Shown here: piece after piece, positions 63,798 to 64,000 of the stretch
Layout: each line of letters starts with the position of its first letter
How positions within the stretch are numbered: the first letter of the stretch is position 1
Origin: Raillietiella orientalis
Lineage: Eukaryota
Direction: 5' to 3'
NCBI GenBank assembly: GCA_036172245.1
Contig: JAYWIR010000061.1
Coordinates: forward strand, 558,001 to 622,000
DNA length: 64,000 bases
Translations under genes and position numbers: made by a program
The notes under the pieces: model-generated
Told to the model about the DNA's origin: nothing
Databases searched by the model: none
The model's input: only the letters and a program-made list of their open reading frames with translations

Positions 63798-64000
63798 GTA
63801 CTTGTATAAACTTATGTAAAGTTTATTCTTGATGTGTTTGACTTGGGATGCAGATCTAGTTTTTGTGTAAAATGCATTTGTTATCATAGTTTTCTGGATT
63901 GTACTTAAATCAACCAATAAGTTTGTTGTATATTTCTTACTGGAAACTTAAATCAGGTTAAGACATGTTCAACTTCGAGAATCTTGAAGGTATCAGTGAA

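Overview
Eukaryotic (animal, probably invertebrate) genomic DNA, not prokaryotic. Positions 1 to ~38 kb form a dense, nested graveyard of decayed L1/Tx1-clade non-LTR retrotransposons on both strands (at least two families), plus degenerate hAT and Merlin-type DNA transposase fragments. Embedded in it are degenerate pieces that I read as endogenous negative-strand RNA virus (Mononegavirales-like) genes: an L polymerase relic at ~22.3-24.4 kb, with its distal part inverted, and a nucleoprotein relic at ~31.8-32.2 kb. Both lie directly downstream of same-strand Tx1 ORF2 fragments. Four spliced host genes can be reconstructed. ACAD8-like lacks the catalytic Glu, SIRT5-like has Gln at the Arg105 specificity position, PNKP is intact, and the first 12 coding exons of CLEC16A/gop-1 run off the window end. 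Between PNKP and CLEC16A lie an RT-less Tx1 derivative and a decayed NeSL/Utopia-type RLE retrotransposon, arranged head-to-head. All family assignments come from manual translation and remembered motifs; no database search was run. TE and EVE boundaries are approximate.
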